64,000 nucleotides of DNA from positions 124,070 through 188,069 of the IMG/VR virus record IMGVR_UViG_3300014205_000003; one strand, 5' to 3'. Both the position numbers and the translations under genes were made by a program. How positions within the stretch are numbered: the first letter of the stretch is position 1; each line of letters starts with the position of its first letter. The notes under the pieces are model-generated. The model did not search any database. It had not been told where the DNA came from and was given only the letters and a program-made list of their open reading frames with translations. Positions 10,276-20,381 of this stretch are shown piece by piece. This DNA comes from a virus (taxonomy: Duplodnaviria; Caudoviricetes).

Positions 10276-13200
10276 CTTCTTAGCAGAGAGTACATCTGGT
10301 GGGAAGTATTGGATATACGATAAGATTGATTTGCAGTACAAAGCTCTTAACGTCTCTGGTAACATTATTAAGGATGTCGTTGTAGAGGAGTTTCCATTCT
10401 TCTTTGTGTCTCCTGCAGACTGGAAGACGATCTCTGGTTGTACTGCGTTCTTGTTTGATAGTCTTACAGGATCAGACTTATACAGCGGATACCTAGAACT
10501 CAAAGGTAGTCTACACCTTAGTGAAATCTACGTTCGTCACAAGATTCTAGGATGTGAAGGTGATGGTCCTGTTCCTTGGGGGGACTTCCTGTCGAAGATC
10601 TTCAAGTACAAGGAGCAGCACGGAGGTTGGTCTCCTAGCGCTACAGAGCAGCAGATCAACTACTTTACGGTTTTGAAAACAGTGTCTAATCTCTAAAAGG
10701 AACTTCTGTGTCTGAAACAACGATTGTGTGGAAAGCTCCTAGGCCTATTGGAAGTAACGGAATGGAACTTCCAGCGGGTTCTGGCATTCCCGTAATGAGG
10801 CCGCGTTTGAAAAGCAAATGCTATCGCAGAGATATGATTGCGCTTTTGGAGGAGGTTCAGGATGATCTGGCAAGGGCTTTATGTTCTTCTAGTTTCTGTG
10901 ATGGCCCTATGCGTCCTGGACACATGTGCCCTAAATGTCAAGCAATACGAAAAGTCGGAACAGTTCTTGCAACATTGAAATCACAACTGTAAGGAAAACA
11001 AGTATGACTCAAACAATCGGTGAACTCGCAAACAAACCCAAGACGATCTTCGGTGTCTCCAAAGGTGAACAAGAGTTCGTCTTCATGCGTGACTTCTACA
11101 ATCTCTTGGACATCCTGCAGAAGACTGCCTTGACTACTTCTTGGCTTGCCATTGAAGAAGATCACAAGGACAAGCAGGACGAACTCGACAAGGCCAACAA
11201 GTACTTGACGAAGGTTGGAGCTGTTGGTAAGTCGATCTTTGCCTTGGGCTCTTCGAAGCGTCCAGAAGCTTGTCATGCTCTTCGAGACTTGATGGTGGAA
11301 GCTGAAGCAGATCCAATAAAGGCTAAGTGCTTTGGTACATATGCTGTAGCGTTCCTGCAGGCAACTCTGAGTATGCCTTTGCTGATTCCAGAGTTTGGTA
11401 AGGCTTTGAGTGACAATCTGGATGACGATGTCCGCATGCACTCAATGTTGCTTACAGGGCTCGAGCAGCTTGGGGATGATGACCGTCGAAAGATGGTAAG
11501 TGCTTTGACAGCTTGCGGAGTGTTCAGCAGCAGTTTCAATGTAACAGCTATCAAGCGGACGCTTCCTGCAGATGTGAAGAAGCTGATGGAAGACTTGGAT
11601 GGTAAGAAAGACGAACCTAGTGTTTGAGAAAGCTCCTCCCTATAAAGGAAAAGTTACGCTGTACTCTCAAGACTGCTGTCACGTTATCCAAACGTTTGAG
11701 GTTGGTGAGGCGCAATACTACAACGCGTTTGGGAATTGTGCATTCTTCAAGGATCTGGCCCTTCACCCTATTATGGAAACAAGTCTTCCGTTCACCCTTG
11801 AGGAAGATGCTGACCAGCACGGCTATCGAGGTATGGGTTATATCGATTACTCCACAGAAGCTCCTAAGGGTGAGGTGAAGATCTTACGTAATGATGGAAC
11901 AATTCTACTACAGTGTATACACTTAGGTTGTCACCAGCACTACGGCTTGTGGGAGATTCACAAGGAAGATGGAAGTGTCATCAGAACAAATATGGGAGTG
12001 ATTCTTACTCCTCTCAAGAAAGACAAAGATGAAACCTAAACCTGTTGCAGGTCAGCAGATCTTCAACTTGCCTTGCGGCAATGTTGCCAGAGGCCTGAAA
12101 GACGAAGACCGAAAGCTTGTTCCCTTTACTGTCACAAAGGTAGGCAACAAGTACTTCTGGGCAACTGACAGCCGTTTCGTACAGATCGTAGACGGCAAAC
12201 CACAATGTGGTTGCAGAACTACCAAGTTTGACATCCAGACTTGGTACGAGGTCTCTGAATACAGTCCGTGTCACCAGCTCTACGAAACTGAACAGTTGTG
12301 GAAAGATGATCAAGAGCGTTCAAGACTCTGGACGAAGATCAAAGACCTAACAGATTACTACACCTGTAAGTCTTCTTGTTACTCGCTGGAGACACTTCGT
12401 GCAGTTGTAGATCTATTGATCACTGACAGACAGAAAGAACAACAAAATGCTTCTGCTTAATCGCATATGCTCTATCCTTGACAAGCAGCCAGCTAATACT
12501 GTCTTTGCGCAGTGGGATGGCGCCGTCTACAAGGATGAAGATGAGCTTGTTCGCTATGATAAGTTCTTCCTCATGATCGTCAGGAAGCTGAAAGGCAAGT
12601 ACATCTTTCAGAAGATTCCTGCATGCTTGGGTAAGCTTCCAAATAATGAAGCGTATATCCATTACACAGATGTACCGCTGGTACGTGTATTGAATGGTAA
12701 GCGCAAAGACAAGTGTTATGCTGCCGATGGCTCGTTCATGGAAGACGAGAAGACTGAAGTAGCAGGAATCTGGAAAGAGCTTGAGTACGGACAGAAGGGT
12801 TGGTTCTTCTCTAGGAAGTACGCTCCTGACCTCTATTATCTTGACATCATCGAAGGAATTGAGACTGAAGGGTATGTTCCGTGGAAAGTACCTACTTGGT
12901 ACATCACAGGCAAGGACACTCCAGAATTCGAGTTGTTTGTTAGAAAAAGTGCTTCTGTTTTTCTAAATCGATTCCGTCGAGATAATGAGAATGCTTGGCA
13001 GACATTCAGTCGAGTAAAAGCATCGTTGAGTGTAGATGCTGGTACAGACAGTTATGGAAATGCTCGAATCGGCTATCCCTTCAGTTTGGTGTATGGGCGT
13101 GGAGTGAAGGCTGCAGATCCTATATCTTGCGGCTTCTGGATGAAGAGTACAGTTGCAGAGATGACTCGAGAGTTGCCTGCGATGCACATAACACTGGAGG

Positions 13201-14538
13201 AGGATAAGTGAGTAAAGCTGAATTGGAAAAGCAAGTGAAACTGATGGACGCGATTCTGGAGAACTACGAAGGTCGCATCAGTACATTGGAAGTCTTGAAC
13301 GCTGATCTGACTCGACGTGTTGAAGATCTTTCAATTGACGTGGAAGAGCTTCGTGTGGTTAATCAGAAAACAACAACAACTAAGAGGGCTTGGTAAATGG
13401 AATCACTTGAAAAGAAGGTAGAGCTTCTGCAAGAGATGATTGTTCGACTTCACGAACAAGATATGCAGTTGGTGCGAGATCTTGGAAAAGCCATTAAGAA
13501 CCAAAGTGTTCTAGCTCAACAAGTAAATGACCTTGCAGGTATGTGCACACAACTTGCTATGCATATGAGGAAAGACTAATGCCTTTCACACAGCAAAACA
13601 TTCCTGCAGAGTTGTTCTTGTCCTACAAAGGTGTGGAGATCTACCACAACTACAAGGACGACGATATGGATAATGGTCCGATGACGTATTGGTATGTCTT
13701 TGACGAAAATCACAACAGTATTCACGCCTTTGATATTCGAGAGATTCCAGGCTTTGTTGATTATGTGTATCCTAAGGATCCTGTTAAAGACTTCTCAAAG
13801 GAATACGCAAAGCACAGGAATCACCTGAAGAAGTTCTTCAGGACGGTGATCGACTCTGGAAGGCTTCAAGAATTCAAGAAGAAACACGAGCAAGGTGAAG
13901 AATGAATGCTTGTAGAGATCACGATAACTGTATTGTTGTCTACGAAGCTTACACATGTCCTGTTTGTGTAATGCAGGATGAGCTGGATGCTAGGATTACA
14001 CAGTTGGAACAAGAGAACGACTCTTTGCGTTTAGATAATGAAAGACTCAAAGATCAAATCTCCGACATGTCCGATCAGATCAAAGCACTGGAGTAACTAT
14101 GAAAATCTGTAACAATCATTGGACACCTGACGGACAACGCTTTGAAGTTCACTACCCAGATCATCAGTGGGTAGTCTGTCCTGTATGCTCTAGCACTGAT
14201 GCAGAGCGTATAGACGATCTTGAAGATGCCCTTTCAGAGGCTGATCTGAAGTATATAGATCTGCAGGATGCTTTCGACGACTACAAGGAAAGGTACCCAT
14301 GAGTGAAAAGTTTGTTTGTTCCGACTGTGGATCACCCACAGACTACGGTTATTACAAAGGCGAGTTCCTTGTATCGCCTTGCGAGGTCTGTAAAAAAGCT
14401 GCTGAGGTTTTGCTTACTGCGAAACTAGAAACACTTCGTCAACAGTTAACTATTCACACCGACAGTCTTTTACACACGATCTTGCAAATTACGAAAGACA
14501 AAAACTCATTGTTACCAGAAAGTAAAAACCCTGTATGA
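10244..14538 (+). CDS. Run of hypothetical proteins (including 11004-11627, 12029-12460, 12447-13211 and small coiled-coil/CxxC proteins 13208-14538)
   Basis: Contiguous + strand ORFs; 13902-14096 and 14099-14302 share V.Y...CPVC plus a coiled coil. Confidence 0.6.
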
Positions 14539-15161
14539 ACGTTTCACAGTGGTTCAGGTCTAACGGAGTATCTCTGAAGGATGCTGGAATCATCACTCTT
14601 GCCTCTGAAAGTTATGCCCTCAACAGCAATCCTCTGTCCATTACAACTTGTGACTTCGGTGACAACAAGACGCTGAAGACAATGTTCATTGATGGTGGTG
14701 ATCCTTCCAAAGGAAACACCTTCCACAACATTGAGAGTCGTGTCTACTATCAAGAGAAGATCGGCATACCAAATGCCATGGAACAAGTGGAAAACTGGTT
14801 TAAAGCTCATCCCATTGTCTTTACATACTCTGTATCCAGATTCACTCGTCCCTTCCTGCTGAAGATCACTCCTAACGTCCACAAGTATGCGATGATGGAC
14901 ATCGTCAGCATGTACAAGTGCTTGGACAGTGGATGTCTGAGTGAAGCGTTGTCAGACTCGAAAACCTTTTCGGATTTGATCAATGCTTGTGACAACAGTG
15001 GAGAGAAAAGTGGTAAAGGGTTTGCCATTGCAGATCTGATTGGCAGAACGTCGTTCTCTCTACGTGCAGGATCATTTGCGAGTCAGGGACAGGTTCCTGG
15101 ATATCTGATGAGAACGTTTGAAGTGTCTGCACTCCTCAACCACATACTATTGATGGATTAG
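14535..15161 (+). CDS. Possible degenerate DnaQ/DEDDh exonuclease-fold protein
   Basis: LASES (cf. LDTET), FHNI (cf. HGI), SRFTRPFL (cf. FD..FL) and MDIV occur in DnaQ order. Confidence 0.35.
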   Translation: MNVSQWFRSNGVSLKDAGIITLASESYALNSNPLSITTCDFGDNKTLKTMFIDGGDPSKGNTFHNIESRVYYQEKIGIPNAMEQVENWFKAHPIVFTYSVSRFTRPFLLKITPNVHKYAMMDIVSMYKCLDSGCLSEALSDSKTFSDLINACDNSGEKSGKGFAIADLIGRTSFSLRAGSFASQGQVPGYLMRTFEVSALLNHILLMD

Positions 15162-15359
15162 CATGAACAAGACAGAGATCCTTCTTGTGCGTGAAGCTAT
15201 GGAAGAACTTACCAACATGCCTTGTGGAGCTATTGGCGCGGTTGGTCCAACGCTGTATGAGCTGGATGACTATGCAGAGAAGCACGGTCAGCCTATTGAA
15301 AACGACGCAATGTATCACTGCACTCAACGCGCTTGGCGACTTCTAGAAAGGGTTTTGCC

Positions 15360-15563
15360 ATGAACAAAAACGGTTACGATTACTACGTCAAACGTACTGG
15401 AGGCTTTCAAGCGCCTCTTACAGAACATCAGGAAACAGCACTTCGTCTTCACAACGGTCAGCTGACACATACTGCGCTTGCACGTTTCAAAGCTCCTCCT
15501 TATGGTCCTTGCCCATGCAACTCCGGTTTGAAGTTTCGCTTCTGCTGCATGAAGAAAGTCTGA
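15360..15563 (+). CDS. SEC-C motif zinc-binding protein
   Basis: PCPCNSGLKFRFCC. Confidence 0.75.
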   Translation: MNKNGYDYYVKRTGGFQAPLTEHQETALRLHNGQLTHTALARFKAPPYGPCPCNSGLKFRFCCMKKV

Positions 15564-15815
15564 CAATGATACAGCAGATGACAATGTTTGAAGCCTCGCT
15601 GAGAGCTCATGAACTTATGTGGAAGCAGATAGATGAACACAGTCTCGGAGAGGTTGTTACTCAGTTGAGTAATTTTTACGAGTGTGCTAAACATGTAATT
15701 CCAGAAGTTCCGTTTCTTTATGAAGCTGCTAAAGAATTGCAGGCTTTTAAAGGACATGCGGACTCATGTAATTGTGATACGTGTACCACTATTCGAGAAA
15801 TGGAGAAACTCGTAA

Positions 15816-16130
15816 ATGTCACCTAAGAAAACCACATTTACCTTTTCGCTGTACGGTCAGCCTGTCAAGGTAGACTTCTCAGATCCTAAGGACTGGAGTG
15901 ACGATGCAATGGGACGAGCCAACTCTAGGAATTGGCTGATCTCAATTGCAGACAACCTCACACCAGCTGTTGAGATCAACGTGCTTCTGCACGAGATGAT
16001 TCATATGATCTGTGACACACAAGACGTCAAGATTAACGAACAAGCTGTGACAGTTGTCGCTAATGGTCTGTTGGATATCTTCAACAACAATCCAGAGATG
16101 CTGGGTAAAGTGTTCGGAGAACCTAAGTGA
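15816..16130 (+). CDS. Small HExxH metallopeptidase-like protein
   Basis: LLHEMIH...NEQAV. Confidence 0.7.
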   Translation: MSPKKTTFTFSLYGQPVKVDFSDPKDWSDDAMGRANSRNWLISIADNLTPAVEINVLLHEMIHMICDTQDVKINEQAVTVVANGLLDIFNNNPEMLGKVFGEPK

Positions 16131-16323
16131 AACTAATGTCAGACCATGACCACAAGCACTGGTTTGTGATTATTTTGGATTCTCAGAAGAGTAGGTGTAC
16201 CAATGTACAAACATGCACTACGCGTAGTGAAGCTCGACGCCGTATCAAATACAACAAAGAGTTTGGTATTAAGTCTTACATGTCTCGCAACATTGTCGTT
16301 GAGTTCACACAAGACAATTGAAC

Positions 16324-16335
16324 GCACAGATGTGC
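16324..16335. repeat. Palindrome copy 3 (opposite orientation, intergenic, just before an RBS)
   Basis: aacGCACAGATGTGCacaaaggag. Confidence 0.85.
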
Positions 16336-16349
16336 ACAAAGGAGATTAG

Positions 16350-17795
16350 ATGACTTTCCCCGTTGATATGAGGACGTTTCTCGCCACCAAAGTGAAAGAC
16401 CTAGACAATGCGATGTGGCTCCTTCCGAAGGAAGTGCGCTATCAAACTGTCTATCTTCAATCATCTGCAGTGGACGATGATACTCCGTGCTTAATGGTTC
16501 TCGCCACAAGACAACACCCCAATCCAGCCTTCTCCAGCGAAATCGTATATCTCTGGAGTCGTATGGACGCTTGTGCACCGTCTGGCAATCAGTGCATTGG
16601 AGTTGTCTACAGTGACTTGAATGCCTTGCTGTACAAACATCCGACAGCTTCTGCCAGACTTGACTTGATTGCTGATCCGAAGACTGCTGCAGATGCTCTC
16701 CCGAAGGGATCACTTGCAGTAACCTTCACAGATGACACGGAAGCCCATGAAGTGCCTGTTGTGCTTAGGAGTCAGCCTTTCCTCCTAGAGGACCGGGAAT
16801 GGACCTTTAAAGCGGATCTGCAGGGCAAGGGCTGGACTGCTGTGCTGTGTGTAGACTCTGAGGACAACACAGCTCAATTAGCCGTAAGTGGAGTATCTGT
16901 TACCGTTGGTAAGTATGCAGGTAATCGTATGGCACGTACGCGACTTCCCCAGCTGGATCGTGCCAGTGTCAACGAGTTCTTGAATCACATAGGGCTCAGC
17001 AGTATCACTGAAGATCCCTTTGCCAAGATGAATCCTGCGGCGAAGGCTCCGCATGTTCCGATGACTCTGACAGCAGCATTGAAGAACATTCCAGTTGAAG
17101 GCGAAACTATTGGAAGCGGTGAAGGTAAGACAAGTACAGAGATTCATCTTCCTGTGGTACTTGTAGATCAAGTAGTTGTTCAGGGTAAGGATATCTCAAC
17201 AGCTAAGGTCAAGTTCACGTCTCCTGAAACAGTTACGATTACAAACACTGCAATCGTTATGGCTAAGCCAGAAAACAACGTCAGTCTTCCTATGCTGACT
17301 CCCGAAGCAATCATCAACAACACCCAAAAAGGAAATTTTGATATGAACAAGAAAACTACTGAAAACACTCCCGCTACTACTGAAACTACTGTCGTCGCTA
17401 CCACTGCTCCTTCAACTCCTGCTGAAACTACTCCTTCTACTGAACCTACAACTCCCCCCACTGACATTAAGCCCAAACGCATCAAACGCACTGCAGAACA
17501 AATGCTCGCTGACTCAATCAAAGAAGCCCAGGAACTGCTGACAGCAAACGGATTTGAAGTAAAGAAGATCGAGGAAAAAGCAAATGAGAATACCAGTAAT
17601 CAGCCTCCTAAAGCTAAGCAGCTCGTTGAGTACCTTAGTGATCTGCGCACAAATCGCGCTGACGGCGATCGAATCTTGGCAAGCATGGAAGCGAGCATCA
17701 AAGAACAGCTGACCGCTCCTGCAGTCTCTGTTGAAGCTCTGAAGGACATTCAGAGTGCTGTCGCAATCCTCAACCACATCGCAAAGGCAGAATAA
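16350..17795 (+). CDS. Hypothetical 481-aa protein with Thr/Pro-rich linker
   Basis: ORF with GGAG RBS; low-complexity TTPST segment. Confidence 0.65.
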   Translation: MTFPVDMRTFLATKVKDLDNAMWLLPKEVRYQTVYLQSSAVDDDTPCLMVLATRQHPNPAFSSEIVYLWSRMDACAPSGNQCIGVVYSDLNALLYKHPTASARLDLIADPKTAADALPKGSLAVTFTDDTEAHEVPVVLRSQPFLLEDREWTFKADLQGKGWTAVLCVDSEDNTAQLAVSGVSVTVGKYAGNRMARTRLPQLDRASVNEFLNHIGLSSITEDPFAKMNPAAKAPHVPMTLTAALKNIPVEGETIGSGEGKTSTEIHLPVVLVDQVVVQGKDISTAKVKFTSPETVTITNTAIVMAKPENNVSLPMLTPEAIINNTQKGNFDMNKKTTENTPATTETTVVATTAPSTPAETTPSTEPTTPPTDIKPKRIKRTAEQMLADSIKEAQELLTANGFEVKKIEEKANENTSNQPPKAKQLVEYLSDLRTNRADGDRILASMEASIKEQLTAPAVSVEALKDIQSAVAILNHIAKAE

Positions 17796-17797
17796 GT

Positions 17798-18258
17798 ATG
17801 AAACCAAACTTCTCAAAGATGTTCAATGGCTGGTGGATCGTTGAACACGGTAAAACTGACAGCAATAAGTATCCTGAGATTGTGTATCAGGTTCATGGGC
17901 CTTTCAGTACTCGTGAAGACGCTCGCAAAGAAGCTAAAGTCGTGAGAGATGAGGATCTCAGTAACTTCTCTTACGGTGCTTACTACACTGTTGTCAACGA
18001 CTTGATTATTGAAGGGTGGCGATAATGCGTATACTTGATTTGGAAAGTCCTAAAGGTTTTCCTTGGTGGATTGTTCAGTACTCAGAAGGGCAATTCCTCG
18101 AAACAGTCCACGGTCCTTACAAGACGCGAGAAGCTGCACGTGAAGAGTTGAATAGTTGTAAATCAGATGACGGGGAGTTCGTCTATACAGAAGACGGCGA
18201 AGAGAAGAAGTGTCAGTGGGCAATTATCAAAGATCTCTTCTTAACCTCAAAGGTGTGA
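17798..18258 (+). CDS. Two paralogs of the WWIV...HGP(Y/F).TR..AR family (17798-18025; about 18025-18258)
   Basis: Shared WWIV, HGP.xTRExAR and (K/N)DL motifs. Confidence 0.7.
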
Positions 18259-18259
18259 T

Positions 18260-18316
18260 ATGAAAGATGAACGCTGGATTATTGCAGTAAGCAATCCGAA
18301 AAACAAGTGGTGGATA
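18260..18316 (+). pseudogene. Orphan 5' fragment of a WWIV-family gene (MKDERWIIAVSNPKNKWWI), cut by TnpB cassette 1
   Basis: RBS plus ATG; family similarity ends at the cassette right end and the frame stops at 18326-18328. Confidence 0.7.
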
Positions 18317-18336
18317 GTTACCAACTAGATAGCTAG

Positions 18337-19392
18337 TCAGTTTGTCACGGAAGGGGGACTATAGGCTCCCCTCTGTCGGATGTTGATGGCCGCATTGAAG
18401 TCTGCATCCATCTTCATTCCACACGCGGTACAACAGAATGACTCTCCCTTTCGGGACAGTTTGTCTACCGCTCCGCACAAGCTACATGTCTGCGAAGTAA
18501 AGGCAGGATTAATCCTCGTAAGGGTTAGTCCTGCTTCTTCACAAACCATCTGAAGTTTGTCCAAAACTTTTGGATAGCTCCAGCGTTGTAACTTGTTGTT
18601 AAATTGCTTGCTAATCTCGCCTTTAGAACCCTTCTTCACATCCTTGAGATCTTCGACTACAAGTTCTTGAATGTTAGTAAGATCAATCAGCTTTACAGAC
18701 TGATTGATCTTTTGGTCACGTTCCTTCAATGCTCTTTTAAATGCTTTAGATCCTTGTTTCTTCCTAGCGATTTTCTCATAGACATTTTCCATGCCTACGT
18801 CGTAGGTTTTCTGATCGGAAGAAGCAAGGAGTTTCTTGTATCCACAATCAAGGCCTAAGAATGTTCCCTTCGATGTACTGGGAGTATCTTTCTCGAAGAA
18901 TACATCCAAGTACCACTTCCCATTGACTTTACGTAAGCAAGAGGACTTCTTAAGAAGCCAGCCGTGCTGACTGAACTTGAGAAATTGCTTGTGCTTACAT
19001 GAAGGGATCTTAAGATTTATCTTGTTTCCTAGACAAAAGAGTTTAATCCAGAAGTCGAAAGAATTCTGCTTAGTAGAGAAAGTACAGATAAGTTCCGTGA
19101 GATTAAAAGTTTTTTGTTTGAGTACAGGCTTAGATGCTTTCTTTACTTTGTTCTTTCGAGCTCGTAGTTTCTTAAGTACGTCAAAGGCTTGAATGAAAAG
19201 ACATCTTTGAAGGCGAGCGGCGAGCCACGTTGGAATTGGAGGAAGTTGATCGAACTTTGTAGCAGAAGGATCTTTCCAGAAGTGCTCTACGTAGAGATTA
19301 AGTACTCTCAGGGCTTCCACACTGAAAGTATCAAGCTTTTGGAGCTTCCCGGCGTTTGCAAAGTTCAACGACATTTGTACTCTACGAATCAC
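18337..19392 (-). CDS. tnpB: TnpB (Cas12f-like) RNA-guided endonuclease
   Basis: RuvC-I GLDCG, RuvC-II VVEDL, Zn ribbon CSLC/CTAC, RuvC-III DADFNAAINI. Confidence 0.92.
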   Translation of the reverse strand: MIRRVQMSLNFANAGKLQKLDTFSVEALRVLNLYVEHFWKDPSATKFDQLPPIPTWLAARLQRCLFIQAFDVLKKLRARKNKVKKASKPVLKQKTFNLTELICTFSTKQNSFDFWIKLFCLGNKINLKIPSCKHKQFLKFSQHGWLLKKSSCLRKVNGKWYLDVFFEKDTPSTSKGTFLGLDCGYKKLLASSDQKTYDVGMENVYEKIARKKQGSKAFKRALKERDQKINQSVKLIDLTNIQELVVEDLKDVKKGSKGEISKQFNNKLQRWSYPKVLDKLQMVCEEAGLTLTRINPAFTSQTCSLCGAVDKLSRKGESFCCTACGMKMDADFNAAINIRQRGAYSPPSVTN

Positions 19393-19559
19393 TTAGAAGA
19401 TTCTCCTGCAAGAATGCTTTGGATAGATTCTACAGAAATCTTACGTTGCTTAGAAGGTGTCTTATACCCTTTAAGCTTCCCTTCATCAAACCATCTACGT
19501 ATGGAGTCAGGATGTACTCCCATCATCTTAGCTGCTTTAGTTAACGAGATATATTCCAT
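19389..19559 (-). CDS. 56-aa MerR/excisionase-like HTH protein (not in the ORF track)
   Basis: Manual translation MEYISLTKAAKMMGVHPDSIRRWFDEGKLKGYKTPSKQRKISVESIQSILAGESSK; AAAGGA RBS; GTGA overlap with tnpB. Confidence 0.85.
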   Translation of the reverse strand: MEYISLTKAAKMMGVHPDSIRRWFDEGKLKGYKTPSKQRKISVESIQSILAGESSK

Positions 19560-19608
19560 TTTGCTGTTCCTTTCTCATTAATACTAATATAGCATAAGGA
19601 TTTTTATT

Positions 19609-20133
19609 ATGGGAACTAAATGTGCGATGTGCTGTGAGTCTGCTCCTTCGGACAAGTGGTGGGTTCTTCTGTCTTTCAAGCCTAAGAAAATGCCTCGTTA
19701 CCCGTACTTTGATAGCATTCATGGTCCTTATCCAACACGTAAGGAAGCACGAGTAGCTGCAAAGAAGATTAGAGAGAACAGCAGTGAGAGTTCAATCAAA
19801 CTCTCTTACTCTGTTGGAAGAAATCTAGTCATATCCTGTGTCTTCTAACCAATGAAAGTACGAGGATTAATGCAGAATTACTATCTGGAACATCCTGACA
19901 AACTCCCTTGGTGGGTCATCTGCTATAAGAACTATGAAGCCGAGAATAAAGACCTACATGATGGGGACTTTTTCAAGGACGCTCAACTGTATAGACTCCA
20001 TGGTCCTTACATGTCTCGATCGGCAGCGAGATCCTACCTTGAGATTTTGAAAAATAATGACATTTACGATTTTGGTGAGATCGGTCTTCGTTGGAAGATT
20101 GTAAAAGATCTCTGCGTATCCTGTAATCCCTAA
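19609..20133 (+). CDS. Two further WWV...HGPY family paralogs (19609-19848; 19852-20133)
   Basis: KWWVL...HGPYPTRKEAR; PWWVI...HGPYMSRSAAR. Confidence 0.7.
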
Positions 20134-20381
20134 AACCAATGAAAGTACGAGGGCTGAAGAGGTTGTAAAAGATCTCCTCAGCCCTCTCAACCCAACATGG
20201 AAATTTGGCTCACTGCAACAGACAAATTAGTGACTATGTTTAAAGGTGCAAGTCCTCGAAAAATCAACGGAGAGTACAGGAGTTTTAAACCGCCCTGCTT
20301 TGAGATCTCCCTTGAGGATCTGAAAAACAAATCACCTCGTCATGTTCACCTTGACGAACCAGAAGAAGCACCTAAGAAACA

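Larger units (their letters stand above)
18317..19665 (-). mobile_element. TnpB cassette 1: replacement gene start + promoter + HTH + tnpB + omegaRNA; no transposase
   Basis: Right end is a hairpin plus TAAC at 18317; ACAAGTGGTGG is repeated at 18303 and 19652; left boundary approximate. Confidence 0.75.

Noticed and set aside
19389-19559. HTH ORFs as functional IS607 TnpA transposases
   Set aside because: Only 55-67 aa, ending cleanly at the tnpB start; no serine-recombinase catalytic domain
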